64,000 bases of DNA from Flectonema sp. DT1601 (lineage: Eukaryota), in assembly GCA_964019425.1 (NCBI GenBank), contig OZ025786.1, positions 1,612,001 to 1,676,000 on the forward strand. The letters run 5' to 3'. The notes beneath the pieces are model-generated. The model was not told where the DNA came from. It saw only the letters and a program-made list of their open reading frames with translations, and did no database searches. Made by a program: the position numbers and the translations under genes. This document shows, piece by piece, positions 59,839 to 64,000 of this stretch. Positions within the stretch are counted from its first letter, which is position 1. Each line of letters begins with the position of its first letter.

Positions 59839-60463
59839 GATGAGAAGATATTAACAAGAAAAGTTATCACATCCACCTGAAGTGTTGTCGAGTTAACTGA
59901 AAAAAAAAGTGACAAAGAGAAGTCTTTCGTTCCAACAACTAACGAGAGTGATGTCTATTCGGCTGACGGAGTTCTGAATAATAAAATGACGTCACGAATT
60001 ACTTAAAAAGAACATCGTGTTCACTTCGTATAATGTCCCAAATAAGGTTTCTCGAAGTGTCCTGCAAACTGTTTTCAATTATTGTAAACTACGTGCATGT
60101 TGAGGAATCATTCAATTGGTTTTAATAAAAATAAATGGAGGTCGATTTTTATATTTTATATTTTATTTTTTATCATATTCTTTTTATAGGTATCAACACC
60201 ACAACTAATATTCTGATCCCATCTCCTGTTGCAATGCATCAAGAGGCTGAAAGGCTACAGTTCGGGGAGGAGCTCGATGATAAATATTTGTTAAGTCGTT
60301 CTCAAAGAGTAGTTGTATTCCCTTTTTCATAATGTACGATTATTCTCTTCTTAGGTTTTGGGGGAGGTGCACATAGAGTCACGTGACCCCAAAAAAAAAA
60401 AAAAAAATAGACCAAAAAAAAAAAAAAAAAAAAGAGAAGAAATAAAAACAATTCTATAACAAA

Positions 60464-62812
60464 ATGGCACAAACTGATGAGATGGACGTCGAATTAGTTC
60501 ATATCGGTCCGGAGGAAACACTTCGTCCAGCAGAAACTCCAGCAACGTCTTCAGAGTATCAAGGAAAGCTACTAAAACACAGCGTTGCGAAGAAACATAT
60601 GAAAGGAGGTGACTTCGCATTAATCGATTGGGTTTATGATATAGAAGCTCACTTTGAGTATCAAAGAAGTAGAAGTTTTGAAAAGAGTGGAGAGACATGT
60701 TTGAGGAAATGGATGAAACAGATTTGGATGGCATGCCATGGATGGGTGGCAGTGTTAATAATTGCTGTCTTTACTGGACTGTTAGCTGGAATGATTCACA
60801 CTTGTGTTGATTTCTTAAGAGATTTAAAACTTGGTGTTTGCTCGGATTACTTTTGGCTTTCAATAAGAAACTGCTGTCCAGGAGAGACAAAAGAATCGTG
60901 TTCGGCATGGAAATCATGGGGTGACTATTTCGCAGGAGAAGGAATCAGGGCTTCTACTTCCACTGCGACACTCGATTTCTTCGCTTACACTCTAGTCTCT
61001 ATTGGATATGCTGGACTCTCTGCTTGGCTTGTGAAGACCTTCGCACCATACGCAGCAGGTTCTGGAATACCAGAAATAAAAACAATCTTATCAGGAGTTC
61101 ATATAAAGAGATATTTAGGAGGATGGACATTATTAATAAAATGTATTGGTGTCACTCTCTCTGTTGCAGCTGGTCTCTCTTTAGGAATGGAGGGTCCATT
61201 TGTTCACGTGGCTTCATGTGTTGGAAGTATTACTTCACAGTTTTTTAAAGGATTTCGATTTCATGAATCCAAAAGAAGAGAATTAATATCAGCGGCTGTG
61301 GCTGCTGGTGTTTCAGTTGCTTTTGGAGCTCCGATTGGTGGAGTTTTGTTCAGTCTTGAAGAGGCTTCGTATTATTTTCCTCACAAGACGATGTGGAGAT
61401 CATTCTTCTGTGCTGTGGTTGCGGCCATAGTTCTAAAGAGGATAAATCCTTCAGGAACTGGTAGGTTAGTTCTGTTTCAGGTTGATTACAATCATCAATG
61501 GCATTGGTTTGAATTACTTCCCTTCGCAATAATTGGTATTCTCGGTGGTATTATTGGTGCCGCCTTTAACGCTGTTAACATCCGTTGGTGTAGACTCCGT
61601 AAAGCAACTTCGCTGAGGAAGTGGCCGATTGTTGAAGTTTTATGTGTCGTAACCTTCACAGCAATTATTAACTATTTAGCTCCGTTTTTAAGAACTGGTG
61701 CTAGTGAGTTCATCTCTCGTCTGTTTCAAGAATGCCGAGCTGACGAAGAGGAGTTAGAATCACCAACAGAGATTCTCTGCTACAACATGTCTCAAAAGAC
61801 TTCTGCTGGTTTAGTCGTGTCTCGTCTGCTTCTTGCTGCTGCGCTGAAGTTTATATTAACAGTTTTTACTTTCGGAATAAAGGTACCAGCAGGTCTATTC
61901 ATTCCGTCTCTCTTTATTGGATCTTGTATCGGTCGTATTGTTGGGATTGCTGTTGAGAGTTTGTACGTGTCAAATCAGAGTTCTTACATCTTTTCTGAAT
62001 GTTTAAACCTGCAAACAAGCTGCGTGATTCCAGGTGTGTACAGTATTGTTGGTGCATCAGCTGTGTTGGGAGGTGTTACTAGAATGACATTATCGTTAGT
62101 GGTGATTATATTTGAGTTGACTGGGGGGCTTGAGTATCTAGTACCAGTGATGCTCGCTGTTCTGATAAGTAAATGGGTTGGTGAATTCGTTGGATGTCGA
62201 GACAGCATCTACGAAATGCACATCGAACTTAATGAATATCCATTCTTAGATCCAAAACAAGAAGTTAACTTTCACGCTGTCGCAGCTGACTTTATGGTCA
62301 GTTCTCAGATTCAAGTTCTCACTGTTGATGGATGGACAGTACGAGATCTAAACACTTTATTAGAGGGATGTGATCACAATGGATTCCCTGTTGTAATGTC
62401 TCACAGTGATATGAGAATCGTTGGTTTTATTTCAAGAAGTAATTTAATAAGAGCACTTGATCAAGCCAGTAGACTCCAACACACAACCGGTCCAGTAAAC
62501 CAAGACACAGAAGTATTATTTTACGAACGAACTGAAGAAGACCGCAATAGTAGTTCAACGTGTTTAGATATTTCGTGGTACTTAGACCCGACACCTATTT
62601 GTGTGACACCTGACACGACTGTTAATCGTCTTCTTCATATATTTAAATCTCTTGGGATCAGAACTTGTTTGGTTGCGAAAAATAATAAATTAGTGGGAAT
62701 AGCAACCCGAAGAGGTATGATTGACATGCTGAAGAAGGCTGGTGATAACGGTCATGGTTTAGTCAGAAGACGAGCCATACCTGATCGAAATGAAAGAGAA
62801 GCAGATTTATAA
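60464..62812 (+). CDS. CLC chloride/proton antiporter (ClC-3/4/5/GEF1-like) with C-terminal CBS domains
   Basis: IDW, GSGIPEIK, GMEGP, FGAPIGGVLFSLEE, PAGLFIP, SIYE motifs and paired CBS domains. Confidence 0.95.
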   Translation: MAQTDEMDVELVHIGPEETLRPAETPATSSEYQGKLLKHSVAKKHMKGGDFALIDWVYDIEAHFEYQRSRSFEKSGETCLRKWMKQIWMACHGWVAVLIIAVFTGLLAGMIHTCVDFLRDLKLGVCSDYFWLSIRNCCPGETKESCSAWKSWGDYFAGEGIRASTSTATLDFFAYTLVSIGYAGLSAWLVKTFAPYAAGSGIPEIKTILSGVHIKRYLGGWTLLIKCIGVTLSVAAGLSLGMEGPFVHVASCVGSITSQFFKGFRFHESKRRELISAAVAAGVSVAFGAPIGGVLFSLEEASYYFPHKTMWRSFFCAVVAAIVLKRINPSGTGRLVLFQVDYNHQWHWFELLPFAIIGILGGIIGAAFNAVNIRWCRLRKATSLRKWPIVEVLCVVTFTAIINYLAPFLRTGASEFISRLFQECRADEEELESPTEILCYNMSQKTSAGLVVSRLLLAAALKFILTVFTFGIKVPAGLFIPSLFIGSCIGRIVGIAVESLYVSNQSSYIFSECLNLQTSCVIPGVYSIVGASAVLGGVTRMTLSLVVIIFELTGGLEYLVPVMLAVLISKWVGEFVGCRDSIYEMHIELNEYPFLDPKQEVNFHAVAADFMVSSQIQVLTVDGWTVRDLNTLLEGCDHNGFPVVMSHSDMRIVGFISRSNLIRALDQASRLQHTTGPVNQDTEVLFYERTEEDRNSSSTCLDISWYLDPTPICVTPDTTVNRLLHIFKSLGIRTCLVAKNNKLVGIATRRGMIDMLKKAGDNGHGLVRRRAIPDRNEREADL

Positions 62813-63825
62813 TAATTGAGAAAAAAAAAAAAAAAAAGAAAATGCAAAAAAAAAAAAAAAAAAAAAACATCATTTTATTGTTATTCTGTTCGATTGTTTC
62901 CTTCATTTCACCTATTAATTTTTTGTTGTAGTTTTTAAAAAAAAAAAAAAAAAAAAAAAAGAGAGAGAAAGCTATGTATCCTGAGATCTCAAACAGAGGA
63001 CCCTCAAGAAGATAGTCAGCTCTCTTTATTTTTAATAACTTCGTTCTGTTTGTCTACTGGTTTTCTCTTTATTACGAATTACGAATGAATTTCTTATTTT
63101 TATTTTTTACGAAATCTTAAAAAAAAAAAAAAAACAAGGAGAACAGATTGTTTTTCTCTTTCTGTTTTTTTTACGATTTATTATAAAAATATACCCAACC
63201 TGACACTTCTGGCCGTCAAGGGACTTGTTTTTTTTTTTTTTTTTTATCTTGTTTTTTTTTTGCTGTTATTTTTTGAATAGAAGTGTTCAATACAGCAACG
63301 TTATCTGTGATCACTAACCCAATTAATAAAGGGGGGGTTGGAAGTAGGTTATCTCTACTTTACAAAAAAAAAAAAATATCAAGAAACTCCACTTGATTTC
63401 ACAATGTGAGGCGTTGTATGAAAAACATTTGTTATTTTTGGTCATCTGTCATACGCAAATATTGAAAAAAAAAAAAAAAAAAAAAAAGAGATTTACTATT
63501 GACTCTTCGATTCGTTTTGTTTTGAACAAATGTTTTGAATTGAAGAAACAATTACCAGTCATAGCATGGCATGATAATAATAATAATTATTTATTTATTT
63601 TATTAGTAATGAAGAGTAACATCGAAATAAAGTAATTTTATTTAAAAAAATTATAATAATATTGTTTTTTATCTTCTTTTTTAAAAACAGCAACATTGAT
63701 GAAGATGGGGGGGGGAGTTTGAAAAAAAAAAAAAAAAAATTTGTGTCGTCGTTTTGTTTTCTAATACCTATTTTTCCTATTGCACAGTTGTTCTGTTGTT
63801 GTTTTTTTCGTTTCCTCCGAAAACG

Positions 63826-64000
63826 ATGCGTCTTTCATTTGAATGTTCGGAATTGTTTGCATCGAAAGACGACGGAGCACTCATTGGAAGAACTCGTAAC
63901 ATGTTCGAAGCGATGTTTAGAGCGATGGATGACGGGATCATGGCTAGTTTTATTGATCAATATATCTCTGAATCCGCAGCGTGGATAAGCAACGGCCTGA
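63826..64000 (+). CDS. Probable 5' part of a gene running off the window
   Basis: ATG at 63826 follows an AG at 63787. The frame MRLSFECSELFASKDDG...SNGL stays open to the window end. Confidence 0.45.
   Translation, partial: MRLSFECSELFASKDDGALIGRTRNMFEAMFRAMDDGIMASFIDQYISESAAWISNGL

Overview
AT-rich eukaryotic genomic DNA with many homopolymer tracts. All ~20 credible protein genes lie on the + strand. Most have a pyrimidine-tract/AG site just upstream of the ATG, and several have short GT-AG introns. With H(D/N)PY motifs and a plant/trypanosomatid-type PEX22, this suggests a euglenozoan, probably diplonemid-like, co-directional gene cluster (inference). Ordinary genes flank the window: LYR protein, PEX22, D/D-domain protein, START, Ubl-LRR and F-box on the left; Ubl-MYST acetyltransferase, EDR2_C, coiled-coil proteins, PHO88/SND3 and CLC on the right. 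The centre (~22-45.7 kb) is an accessory region. It holds a deleted piggyBac and a recombining tandem family of unknown proteins, three carrying FTHDPY. These genes are interleaved with four kinds of repeated non-coding or hairpin units, including ~290-bp palindromes with flip/flop isomers and G-U-rich ~85-nt hairpins whose variants mostly keep base pairing. Retroelement relics and a ~31-copy 147-bp satellite, interrupted three times at the same site by an identical 198-bp insert, complete it. The best candidate for an undescribed system is this hairpin-RNA plus HDPY-protein cluster. A second candidate is the cis introns, whose A/C-rich 3' ends can pair with their U/G-rich 5' ends.
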